Shown piece by piece: positions 18,900 to 28,133 of a stretch of DNA of 64,000 nt; within the stretch, counting starts at the first letter, position 1; every line of letters begins with the position of its first letter. Position numbers and translations under genes: made by a program. Source of the stretch: Candidatus Poribacteria bacterium (GTDB taxonomy: Bacteria; Poribacteria; WGA-4E; WGA-3G). Location of the stretch: the NCBI GenBank assembly GCA_965242965.1, contig OZ251518.1, positions 4,032,001-4,096,000 of the forward strand. The letters are read 5' to 3'. The notes beneath the pieces are model-generated. The model was given only the letters and a program-made list of their open reading frames with translations, did not search any database and was not told where the DNA came from.

Positions 18900-18970
18900 A
18901 GGACCGTTAATCCGCGGCACGTAGCGCGGGGCTTATCCCGCGTTTTTTTATTGATTGGGAGGAAACCAAC

Positions 18971-19762
18971 ATGGCTTTCAAATTTGGATACAGCACTTTA
19001 CGTTGGCAAACGCCAGATTTCGAGGAACTCCTCACGCAGCTCAAGGCGGCTGGCTGGGATGGCTGGGAAATGCGGCAGTCGTTAGACTGGGTAGGCACGC
19101 CGAAACACATCCGCCAGGTGTGTGATAACGTCGGGCTTCCTATCGCCGCTGTCACTGCGCGCGGCTTGCCGATTGACAAGGAGCGGCAGCAGATGGAACT
19201 GAACAAACGGCGCATCGATTTCGCAGCGGAAGTAGAGGCAGACTGCTTCATGTTCATGGGCGCGGGGAAACCGAAGGACCGGGGGGTTGAGGATGCTGAT
19301 CTTGCCGCCCTCGCCGATGTCTCCGAGGACTGGGCAGAATACGCCGCGCAGTATGGGCTCGACATCTGCTATCATATCCACACCAATACCACCGTCGATT
19401 CGATTGACGATTGGGCGAAATACATGAGCCTGCTCCGCAAGTGCAAACTCTGTATTGACGTGTCGCATTCCGCGCTTTGGGGCTATGATCCGGTTGAATC
19501 CATCCGCCGTTATCGCGACGCGCTTGTCTATGTCCATCTGCAGGATTATTCCGGTGTCACCGGCGGCGACAGCACGCCTTACGATGTCGATTGGGTGGAT
19601 GTCGGCAGCGGCACCGTGATGGACTTCCCCAAGATTATGGCGACGCTGGACGAACTCGGCTACGATAGATGGATTACGGCGTGTCCTGGACAGGTAGAAG
19701 CCCGTTCGGACGTGGAGCGGATGTCTGTCAATCGGGAGTATTTGCGGCAATTGGGGTATTAA
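18971..19762 (+). CDS. Sugar phosphate isomerase/epimerase (xylose isomerase-like TIM barrel)
   Basis: GWDGWE, YHIH, LCIDVSH, VHLQD, G.G.MDF motifs. Confidence 0.75.
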   Translation: MAFKFGYSTLRWQTPDFEELLTQLKAAGWDGWEMRQSLDWVGTPKHIRQVCDNVGLPIAAVTARGLPIDKERQQMELNKRRIDFAAEVEADCFMFMGAGKPKDRGVEDADLAALADVSEDWAEYAAQYGLDICYHIHTNTTVDSIDDWAKYMSLLRKCKLCIDVSHSALWGYDPVESIRRYRDALVYVHLQDYSGVTGGDSTPYDVDWVDVGSGTVMDFPKIMATLDELGYDRWITACPGQVEARSDVERMSVNREYLRQLGY

Positions 19763-19807
19763 GGGCGGATGTCTATAGCCGCCTGATTTGAAAGGAACAC
19801 AACACCT

Positions 19808-21628
19808 ATGCAGGATAGGGACATCAAGTCTATTCTTGCCACAGATTGTGGCAGCACGACAACCAAAGCGATTCTGATTGAGAAGCGCGGCGATGCGTAT
19901 CAACTTATCGTGCGCGGCGAAGCACCGACTACCGTGGAGGCACCCGTTGAAGACGTAACCGCCGGCGTTATCAACGCCATCACCGAAGTGGAGGAACTCG
20001 CCGGCCGGAAGTTGCTGGACGGCGGGCTCATCCTGAAACCGCAACGCGGTGAAGAAGGCGTAGATATCTACATTTCCACCAGCAGTGCCGGCGGCGGGTT
20101 GCAGATGATGGTAGCCGGTGTTGTCCGCAATCTCACGGCGGAGAGTGCAGAGCGCGCCGCCCTCGGTGCTGGCGCGATTGTCATGGATGTCATCGCCTCC
20201 AACGACAAACGTCTGCCGCACGAGAAAATCGAACGGATTCGGCACTTGCGTCCCGACATGCTGCTCCTCTCCGGCGGCATTGATGGCGGTACCACCTCAC
20301 ACGTCGTGGAATTGGCGGAGATTATCGCCGCCGCGCGGCCGCAACCACGGCTAGGCATCGCTTACGAACTGCCGCTGATTTACGCAGGGAACAAAGATGC
20401 CCGCGAGTTGATTCGGGAACGCTTGGAAGGCGTGATGTCCTTGGAAATAGTCGACAACCTCCGTCCGGTTTTAGAGCGCGAAGCGTTAATGCCGACGCGC
20501 CTCAAAATTCAGGAGCAGTTCCTTGAGCACGTTATGGCACACGCACCGGGCTATAAGAAACTCATCAGCTGGACAGACGCGCCGATTATGCCGACACCGG
20601 GTGCTGTCGGCGCGATTATCCAGACTGTGGCATCGCAACAGGATATTGAGGTAGTCGGCGTGGACATCGGCGGCGCGACGACTGATGTGTTCTCTGTCTT
20701 CAAAAACAAGGAGGCGGAACCGATTTTCAACCGCACCGTCAGCGCGAACCTCGGCATGAGTTACAGCGTCTCAAACGTCCTTGCCGAAGCCGGGCTTGAG
20801 AACGTCCTGCGATGGGTGCCGTTTGACATTGAAGTGGGTGATCTTCGGAATCGCGTCAAAAACAAGATGATCCGTCCGACAACGATACCACAGACGTTGC
20901 AGGAACTGATTCTGGAGCAGGCTATCGCGCGCGAGGCACTGCGGTTAGCCTTTGAACAACACAAACAGCTCGCCGTGGAATTGCGCGGCGTTCAGCAACA
21001 GCGCACCATCTCTGAAGCGTTTGACCAGACGGAAAGCGGACAAACGCTTGTGAATATGCTCAGTTTGGACATGCTTGTCGGGAGCGGCGGTGTGCTCTCG
21101 CACGCGCCGCGCCGGCAGCAGGCGATGCTGATGATGATAGACGCATTCCAGCCCGAAGGACTCACGCACCTCGCCGTGGATAGTATCTTCATGATGCCAC
21201 AACTCGGGGTGCTCGCGCAAGTGAACGCCGAAGCCGCGACACACGTTTTTGAACGCGATTGTTTAATTCACCTCGGCACCTGTATCGCCCCGGTTGGCAT
21301 CGGAAAGCCGGGGGAGGCATGCCTCTCTGTTGAAATTCACGCCGATGGAAAACCGCCACAAACGGAGGAAATTCCTTTTGGGGAACTGCGGCTATATCCG
21401 CTAGCATTAGGTGAAAAGGCGACAGTCAAACTCCAACCTGAACGCCGGTTTGACATGGGGAACGGGAGCGGGCACGCCGTTGAAGCGGAGGCGATGGGTG
21501 GCATCGTCGGTTTAGTAGTGGATACCCGCGGCAGACCGCTTGAAATTCCCACCGATGCTGGCCAGCGCGTGGCGCAACTGAAAAAGTGGCAAGGCGCGTT
21601 GGATGCGTATCCTGCCTTGGACGAATAG
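19808..21628 (+). CDS. GlmL/MutL family (glutamate mutase reactivation factor-like) ASKHA ATPase
   Basis: DCGSTTTK, SSAGGGL, LLSGGIDGG, HAPG, MPTP, DIGGATTDV, GSGGVL. Confidence 0.8.
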   Translation: MQDRDIKSILATDCGSTTTKAILIEKRGDAYQLIVRGEAPTTVEAPVEDVTAGVINAITEVEELAGRKLLDGGLILKPQRGEEGVDIYISTSSAGGGLQMMVAGVVRNLTAESAERAALGAGAIVMDVIASNDKRLPHEKIERIRHLRPDMLLLSGGIDGGTTSHVVELAEIIAAARPQPRLGIAYELPLIYAGNKDARELIRERLEGVMSLEIVDNLRPVLEREALMPTRLKIQEQFLEHVMAHAPGYKKLISWTDAPIMPTPGAVGAIIQTVASQQDIEVVGVDIGGATTDVFSVFKNKEAEPIFNRTVSANLGMSYSVSNVLAEAGLENVLRWVPFDIEVGDLRNRVKNKMIRPTTIPQTLQELILEQAIAREALRLAFEQHKQLAVELRGVQQQRTISEAFDQTESGQTLVNMLSLDMLVGSGGVLSHAPRRQQAMLMMIDAFQPEGLTHLAVDSIFMMPQLGVLAQVNAEAATHVFERDCLIHLGTCIAPVGIGKPGEACLSVEIHADGKPPQTEEIPFGELRLYPLALGEKATVKLQPERRFDMGNGSGHAVEAEAMGGIVGLVVDTRGRPLEIPTDAGQRVAQLKKWQGALDAYPALDE

Positions 21629-21716
21629 TGCGCTCAGCGGTAGGCGAGGGCACCCTGGCTTGATGCCGGCAAAACTGCCGTTTCCGAGGGAAACTAAACA
21701 TCTGTGCAGTTTAGGC

Positions 21717-21745
21717 TTGATTTTTCCCATGAAATGTCGTATAAT
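21717..21745 (+). promoter_or_regulatory. Sigma70-type promoter with no downstream plus-strand gene
   Basis: TTGATT-N17-TATAAT. Confidence 0.5.
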
Positions 21746-21864
21746 AGACGTAAAAACAATAGAGGAACGGGCGTTCGCACCGGCGGACACCCGTTCGTTG
21801 AAAGCGCATCCGTAACCTAAAACCACAATCTACGTAACATCTCGCACTCCCAAGGATGCAGCGG

Positions 21865-22950
21865 CTAAAAAGGCGGAGGGACGTTCGGCGACTCGCCTGC
21901 CTTTATTTTGCTCCATTGCGTGGTGAGTTTTCCCGCAGATGAGAGAGACAGACTTCGAGCCGTCCAGTCCACCCCCCAATCCTCACTAGGATGGTTGGTG
22001 AGGTTGGTAATCTGTCGGCTAGCAAGTTCATAACGATAGATGTCATAAGGCGGATTATCCTTTTCCACCAAGCCGTTTTCGGATGCATCAAAAAGAATCA
22101 CCGCTCCCTCCTCTGCCCAGCATGCGGCCCCGAGTCGCCAGGTCTTCGGAGTGTCAAGGGCCTGTGGATTGGAACCGTCTCTGTCGCGAATTATGAAACG
22201 TTCTTCAGCCAATCGAAAGTCGTTTCCTTCTCGCACCGACTTCACCGCGCGATAGAGAAGACGTTCACTGTCGGGTGCCCAACGCGGACTGAAATTCATC
22301 AAGAGTGTCCCTAGGATAAGGGGTGCTTGCTTGACGAGGGGCCGATTCCGTTTTCCATCTGCATCCATCAGGTAGATGTGTCTGCCTTGTCCCGGAATCG
22401 CGAGTTCATAGGCAATCTCGCTGCCATCGGGAGACCAGGCTGGGGCGGTGGCGTATCCGCTGACTTCCGCCACGCTGTGCGTCAGTTGCTGGAGGGCCCC
22501 GCTGTCAAGATGCAGCACATAGATTTCCAACAGGCCGTTCCGCGTGCTTGAAAAGGCAATGCACTGTCCATCGGGGGCCCAAGATGGCTGTCCATCTAGC
22601 GCGGGATGTGCGATGAGTCCCCGCAACCGGTGTCCGTCCAGATTCATCAGGAAGATATCATCATGTTTCTCCTGTGCGGGAGGGACTGGCTCCAGATCCA
22701 GTGAAAAAAGGAGGGCCCTGCCATCAGGAGACCACCGCACTATCCTTTTCCGGTGTCCATCGTGTGTTATCCGGCGGACATTGCTGCCATCATCGTTCAT
22801 GACATAGATTTCGTTGTCAAGCGACGCTAACTGTCCATCCCGATTAGAGGTGAAGACGATGTCTGCAACCGCTGCGTGAGAAACAAATAAGCAGAGGAGG
22901 CAGAGCGCGGCTGTGTGTCGCCTGACGCTGCCGATACTGTGTCTGTTCAT
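21865..22950 (-). CDS. Secreted TolB-like (PD40 repeat) beta-propeller protein
   Basis: Signal peptide; repeated WSPDG/WAPDG, IVFTSNRDG, EIYVM; start at MNRHS (AGGAG RBS); C-terminal AGKLTTQWSKIK motif. Confidence 0.85.
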   Translation of the reverse strand: MNRHSIGSVRRHTAALCLLCLFVSHAAVADIVFTSNRDGQLASLDNEIYVMNDDGSNVRRITHDGHRKRIVRWSPDGRALLFSLDLEPVPPAQEKHDDIFLMNLDGHRLRGLIAHPALDGQPSWAPDGQCIAFSSTRNGLLEIYVLHLDSGALQQLTHSVAEVSGYATAPAWSPDGSEIAYELAIPGQGRHIYLMDADGKRNRPLVKQAPLILGTLLMNFSPRWAPDSERLLYRAVKSVREGNDFRLAEERFIIRDRDGSNPQALDTPKTWRLGAACWAEEGAVILFDASENGLVEKDNPPYDIYRYELASRQITNLTNHPSEDWGVDWTARSLSLSSAGKLTTQWSKIKAGESPNVPPPF

Positions 22951-22988
22951 GGTATTTCTCCTGCTTTTAAAAGAGGCGGTGCTGCTTG

Positions 22989-23198
22989 TCACACTTTAGA
23001 GACAGAAACGTGGTGCGAGGTCCTTGTACCGGGGTGATTCCATCTGAGCCCCCATATCTCAACTGAACCGTAGACGTTGTTCACCCAGTGAGATTGCCGC
23101 CTGGAGGGCGGATGATCTGTGGGTGCAATATCGGTGATGACGAGGCTAAATAGCGCAAGTATCCCGATGAGCGTCAGGAATTTCACTGCCGTTTTCAT
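22989..23198 (-). CDS. Short (possibly truncated) secreted protein
   Basis: 69 aa with signal peptide, GGAGG RBS, first gene downstream of an ECF-type promoter. Confidence 0.5.
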   Translation of the reverse strand: MKTAVKFLTLIGILALFSLVITDIAPTDHPPSRRQSHWVNNVYGSVEIWGLRWNHPGTRTSHHVSVSKV

Positions 23199-23354
23199 TT
23201 TTATTTCCTCCGTTTGCCTCCCTCTAAAAGAGAGACACCTTTGACATGCGGAAAAATCTATTGCCGATTCCGCTCAGCATCATTCTATACCCTCATCGGG
23301 GGACATTTTTTCAAAGTGCCCCAACTTTTTGGATATATCCGCTTTTAAACACCC

Positions 23355-23382
23355 TAGACGTGTTTGTTACGCAAAAGGTACC
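23355..23382 (-). promoter_or_regulatory. ECF-type promoter, distant copy
   Basis: Reverse complement reads GGTACC-TTTTGCGTAACAAACA-CGTCTA (N16). Confidence 0.75.
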
Positions 23383-23424
23383 ACAAAATTTGAAAAAAAT
23401 GACTTTTTCTCAATTTAAGGCTTT

Positions 23425-24984
23425 TTAATCCGCAGGCATTTGATAAAGATAGAATTCTTCGTCACCAATGGTAGAACCGGTAAAATGTGCCACGTCGGAG
23501 AGACGGTACTGCTTCTGCAGCTGCGCGCTCACGGCGCGGTTGAGGATAATCAGCACCTCTTGCGAATTCTGCGTCCTTAACGCTTTTGCCGCTTCGAGGA
23601 CATCGGCAGTGGGAACTTCGGCAGTGCGCGTGTTGTCCCATCGGATAAATGAACCGAATCGACTGCCTCGCGGATAGTAGATAGTCTCTTTTTCCAGATA
23701 CCCGACGACGGTGCTAGTGGCGAAATCGGTGTCGCCTACCATCAACATTTCCTGCATTCCCCGCGCTTTAATAGCTGCTGCTGTTTGTCTGCCGCAAGAG
23801 AAAATATGTCGGTTATCCATGAAAACCGCCGTGACTCCGCCGATAAAATGGCAAGCAAGGATGAGAGTGAGGAGGATACTAAAGGCGCGTTCCCCAAGCG
23901 TTTTCTCCCTTTCGGTAGGCGCGGTTTCAAACCGCGCACTCGTCCTTATTTCCTGACACTCCCGATAAATCCACGCAACCATCAAAAACGTTAAGAACAG
24001 AAACCCGTGGTGGCGGATGCTGCCGTAATACTTGACATAGAAGAACGCGAGCAGTCCAAGCGTCGCCGTGAGATAGATGAGCAGCACGGTTGGACGTTTA
24101 TATAGCAACACTACGCCGCAGAGAATGAGGAGAAAACAGAGCGGAATCTGGAGGGTTTGGAAGAGTGGGTATGCCTCAAGTTGATGCGAATTCCAAAAAT
24201 GGAGCGTTGACTTCGGGATAGGCAGATATGCACGCGAGATGAGTTTGATGACTTTGAAAAGATGATTCGTTTCATAGTCAAATTTCCAGCCGACAGCGAA
24301 CCCGGTATCGGGCGGCGGCTTGAGTTGCCAAACCGAAGTCAAGATGCCGATGCCGATGAGCGCGAAACTGAGCCAAATTAACTTTCTGTCGGTGGGCGTG
24401 GTTTGAAACCGCGCTTTTTTCATGAGAAGATACTCACAAAACAGCGCGAAACTTATCGCGATGGTGACAATCAAGGCATGAACGCTGGTGTGCGCGAGCA
24501 GAAAGAGGATGCCGCCAATCCACAGCGGCCGTTTGTAACGTTCCCTGAAAAGCACGCAGAAGAGGGTGATGAGCAGCAAACCGAGGGCATAATTTCGCGC
24601 GACGATGGCGTATTCATAAAGCGCGAAGTAACCGAAACAGAACAGAAACTTCTGCAAACGATTGAAAGGCGCGTATCGTGTGAAAAGGTAGACGCTCACG
24701 CCTGCGATGAGCAGATGGAACACTTGCATGATGACAGGCGAGGCGGTAATGCGGCTGAGCGGCATGAGGCAGAGATGCCATAGCCCTGGGTGCCCTTCAT
24801 ATTTGAGGTGCGCAAAGAGCTCAAAGAGGGACGTGCTATCCCGCGCAAGCAGCCACGCTTGGATTTCGTCTCGCCATATTTCGTGGTTGAATGCGGTAAC
24901 ACTGCCCACGGCAAGGAAGGTAAGTGTCACACCGAGGGCATAACGCGCATCATTTCTCTGGGAGTGGTGATTTTTCGTTTCCAA
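23425..24984 (-). CDS. Polytopic membrane protein, possibly GT-C-type glycosyltransferase-like
   Basis: 519 aa, many TM helices, first-loop WRDE and YEGHP motifs, soluble C-terminal domain; start codon uncertain. Confidence 0.6.
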   Translation of the reverse strand: METKNHHSQRNDARYALGVTLTFLAVGSVTAFNHEIWRDEIQAWLLARDSTSLFELFAHLKYEGHPGLWHLCLMPLSRITASPVIMQVFHLLIAGVSVYLFTRYAPFNRLQKFLFCFGYFALYEYAIVARNYALGLLLITLFCVLFRERYKRPLWIGGILFLLAHTSVHALIVTIAISFALFCEYLLMKKARFQTTPTDRKLIWLSFALIGIGILTSVWQLKPPPDTGFAVGWKFDYETNHLFKVIKLISRAYLPIPKSTLHFWNSHQLEAYPLFQTLQIPLCFLLILCGVVLLYKRPTVLLIYLTATLGLLAFFYVKYYGSIRHHGFLFLTFLMVAWIYRECQEIRTSARFETAPTEREKTLGERAFSILLTLILACHFIGGVTAVFMDNRHIFSCGRQTAAAIKARGMQEMLMVGDTDFATSTVVGYLEKETIYYPRGSRFGSFIRWDNTRTAEVPTADVLEAAKALRTQNSQEVLIILNRAVSAQLQKQYRLSDVAHFTGSTIGDEEFYLYQMPAD

Positions 24985-25047
24985 TTTTCTGTCCCCGATG
25001 GGTTTTCCAGTTGCTATTCTTGCCCGATTAAAGTATACTCTTAAAAT

Positions 25048-25321
25048 GAGGGTGTTTCATAAATCGTTCAACGTCGCGGGGACAGGCCCCGCGCTACGGT
25101 GAAAAAACGCCTCCCCTTTACGTAGGGCGAGGGCCTGTCCCTCGCCATGCGTTTTGGTGTCAGACCGCATCATCCCTGTAGGTCAAGATCGCCTGATCTT
25201 GACCCGTTTTACCGCCCGCCCACGGGCGAGCCCGAACTACAGCGATGGGCCCGATGCCTGCCGGGATTCGCCTGCCTTCCAAGGCAGGATAAATACCGAA
25301 ACGGAGTTATGAAACCCCCTC
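25048..25321. mobile_element. MITE-like REP-mosaic element with 11-bp target-site duplication
   Basis: GAGGGTGTTTCAT...ATGAAACCCCCTC flanked by ACTCTTAAAAT at 25037-25047 and 25322-25332. Confidence 0.85.
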
Positions 25322-25498
25322 ACTCTTAAAATAACAGAAAAACGGCTGCTTTGCAAAGCCTTTTTTCCTCAGGCTGGACACAGCAACACTTCTCGGTAGG
25401 TGCTGTTTGAAACCGCACCTACGGAAAATATTGAAATTGACTGTAGGCATCGCGCCCGGGAGGACGCGCCTGCGGCACCATTAAAGGAGAGTTGAACC

Positions 25499-26764
25499 AT
25501 GAAACGCTTAAACTTCGGACAGACCGGAAATCTGTCCATCATTTGCCTGACGCTTGCCGTTGCAATTTGCATGCTGCAAGGATGCGGGGAGCTGCAGAAA
25601 CCGTTCCTCGGAGTTACCGGCACAACAGGAGACGACACGGTAGGGTTTTCCGGGCGCGTCGTCGGACCCGAGGGAGATGCGGTTGCCGGGCTCGCACTGA
25701 CGATTGAACCAGACCGGTGGAGTGCTTCTGATTTTGACGAGACAGAACAGTTACTGCCGCCGCCCACAACCGTAACCGATCCGACAGGGGCCTTCTCCCT
25801 GACTGGCATCACTTCTGGGCGCGTTGGGTTGGCATTATTGGCGGATAACTATGAAGAGGGTTTATATCCCGAACCGGAATACGAGATTCTCTCCATCAAA
25901 ATCGGGGAGATCCTCTACCATCAGAACGAGCCGCCGCCTTTCGGTGGTATCATATTTACCATTACCCCGGGGGTGCATGTCCAGGAAGCGGTGGTTACCG
26001 TGAAACGTCGGATGCGTATCGTGGGACAAATCGTTTTCAATGATGGCACCCCACTTGCGAATGTTCGCTTGTCTATCAACACGCAGCGTCGAGATCTGGA
26101 CGGAAGCGGCAGTTCCAGTTCAGGTGGCGGTGGGCAGACAGATGTCGAGGGGAAATTTATCGAATACGTTGATGAAGGCGGGTTGTTCTGGATTTCGATA
26201 GAATACGAAGGGCTTTCCGTCACGTCGGAGCAGTTCGTCCTGAACGATGGCGAACGCCGAGAAGACTTGGTTTTAACGCTTGATAGCGAACCTATTGAAC
26301 CGATGGACGCGGAGACAGGCGGGACCGCGCACATCAACGAAAGAGCCGTGTGGGTAGTGAATCCTGCAAACGGACACGCCTACAAATCGGTTTATGTTCA
26401 AAATCGCGACGAAGCGCAAGCGTTGGCTGCCGCCCAAAATGCCTACCTTGTCGCCATTAACGATAAAGCCGAACAGCAGTGGTTGGAGAGTATCTTCGGA
26501 CCGGGACCGTTTTGGCTCGGATTGAGCGATGCGGAAACGGAAGGTGAATGGCTGTGGGATAGCGGTGAGCCGCTTACCTATACCGATTGGAGCAGCATAG
26601 ACATCTTTCCTAGTGAGGAGGCGGATGCCGACAAAGACTATGCCGTATCCACTTTCCGGGGAAAATGGCAGGCAGTCGGACCCGAGAGTCCGTTCTGGAA
26701 CATTACCAGCAGGGCAATTCTTGAGGCGGAAGAGGTGCCTCCCGAAATGCCGATGGAAGAATAG
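25499..26764 (+). CDS. Lipoprotein with carboxypeptidase-regulatory-like beta-sandwich domains and C-terminal C-type lectin domain (copy 1)
   Basis: Lipobox LQGC; GRVV..G, DGTPLAN, NPANGHAYK, LVAIND.AEQ.WL, FWLGLSD..EGEW.W.SGEP..YT.W. Confidence 0.85.
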   Translation: MKRLNFGQTGNLSIICLTLAVAICMLQGCGELQKPFLGVTGTTGDDTVGFSGRVVGPEGDAVAGLALTIEPDRWSASDFDETEQLLPPPTTVTDPTGAFSLTGITSGRVGLALLADNYEEGLYPEPEYEILSIKIGEILYHQNEPPPFGGIIFTITPGVHVQEAVVTVKRRMRIVGQIVFNDGTPLANVRLSINTQRRDLDGSGSSSSGGGGQTDVEGKFIEYVDEGGLFWISIEYEGLSVTSEQFVLNDGERREDLVLTLDSEPIEPMDAETGGTAHINERAVWVVNPANGHAYKSVYVQNRDEAQALAAAQNAYLVAINDKAEQQWLESIFGPGPFWLGLSDAETEGEWLWDSGEPLTYTDWSSIDIFPSEEADADKDYAVSTFRGKWQAVGPESPFWNITSRAILEAEEVPPEMPMEE

Positions 26765-26834
26765 ACACGCTAACACGCACCAGGTAGGTGCGGTTTGAAA
26801 CCGCACCTACCGCGGATTAAAGGAGGATTAAACC

Positions 26835-28130
26835 ATGAAACGCTTAAACCTCACGCACACCCTCGCGCTCCTCATCGGAGTTGCAGTGATGTGCTTTCAG
26901 AGCATCGCGGCGGAAGACGCGGCAGAGATGGTAACCTTCGCCGGCCGCGTTGTTGATGAGTCAGGCGAACCGGTTGTCGGCGTTACCGTGGCCCTGATGC
27001 CGGTGGAAGATGGCAATGGCGCGTGGTTTCCGATAGGCGAGTGGCCGAACGATCCGTGGGCATTTTCCGCCGTAACCGATGCCCAAGGCGAGTTTGCTAT
27101 CACCGATTTTACCCCTGGCCCGATGTTATTCGGGCTACTTCCATATCATGAACCGAAGGGCCATGGCTTATCCAAGGTGAACATCGGCGGCGTGAGCCAC
27201 TATCCAACTGAGGGGGAGGAAGACGGCGGCATCGTATTCGCCGTTGAGGCAGGAACACGCATCAGTAACGTAGAAGTGACGGTGCGGCGTTTCATGGAAA
27301 TCCGTGGCAAAGTGCTGCAGATGGATGGAACGCCTCTTGCTGATGCCGACATCAAACTTGATATTCGGACAGAAGCTCTCAACGGCTCGGCAAGCAGCAG
27401 CGGCTCTTATGGTAGGTTAAAGACAGATGCGGCGGGAATCTTTGTCAAATACCTAGCGGACGATGACGAAGGTCCTGCGGAAATATCGCCCGCGTGGTTT
27501 CCTGAATTTCCCAGTCCAATGCGAGAGCGTGAGGTTGAAAATCCGTCCATGCACTACATCGTCGCTGTTATCTATCAGGGACGGCGTGCTCAGGCGAAGC
27601 CGTTTATTCTCAAACCGGGAGAGCGCATGCCTGAGTTGACGTTTACCTACACAGCCCCGCTGCCGCGTTCCCCTGACACCGAAACGCGTCGGCGTGAAGC
27701 AAGTGCCAGTGTTTCTTCTGGACGGAAACGGGAAGGCGTGTGGATTGTCAATCCGGCAAATGGACACGCCTACATCAAAATTCGGTGTAGCGGACCGGAG
27801 GATGCCATCTCCCAGGCAAGTTCGGCAGGGGCCTATCTCGTCTCCATTAACGACGAAGCGGAGCAGCAGTGGCTGGAGCGCGTTTTCCCACCGCATCCAA
27901 CGCTCATTGGACTCAACGATATCGCGAATGAAGGCGAATGGCGATGGCACAGCGGCGAACCCGTTACCTACACCAATTGGGCACGCCATGAACCGCATGA
28001 TACCGACAGAGGCGATGAAGATTACGTCATCTGGTACCACCGATGGGAGGACATCGGACCTGACCAGGTTGTGTGGCGACTTTTACGGACAGCACTCCTT
28101 GAAAAGGATGTGCCACCGGCGGAGGATTAA
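26835..28130 (+). CDS. Secreted beta-sandwich + C-type lectin protein (copy 2)
   Basis: Signal peptide; same architecture; TNWARHEPHD...WED. Confidence 0.85.
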   Translation: MKRLNLTHTLALLIGVAVMCFQSIAAEDAAEMVTFAGRVVDESGEPVVGVTVALMPVEDGNGAWFPIGEWPNDPWAFSAVTDAQGEFAITDFTPGPMLFGLLPYHEPKGHGLSKVNIGGVSHYPTEGEEDGGIVFAVEAGTRISNVEVTVRRFMEIRGKVLQMDGTPLADADIKLDIRTEALNGSASSSGSYGRLKTDAAGIFVKYLADDDEGPAEISPAWFPEFPSPMREREVENPSMHYIVAVIYQGRRAQAKPFILKPGERMPELTFTYTAPLPRSPDTETRRREASASVSSGRKREGVWIVNPANGHAYIKIRCSGPEDAISQASSAGAYLVSINDEAEQQWLERVFPPHPTLIGLNDIANEGEWRWHSGEPVTYTNWARHEPHDTDRGDEDYVIWYHRWEDIGPDQVVWRLLRTALLEKDVPPAED

Positions 28131-28133
28131 ACG

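Noticed and set aside
19082-20245. 387-aa minus-strand ORF and other long antisense ORFs
   Set aside because: They are shadows of well-supported genes on the opposite strand in GC-rich DNA.
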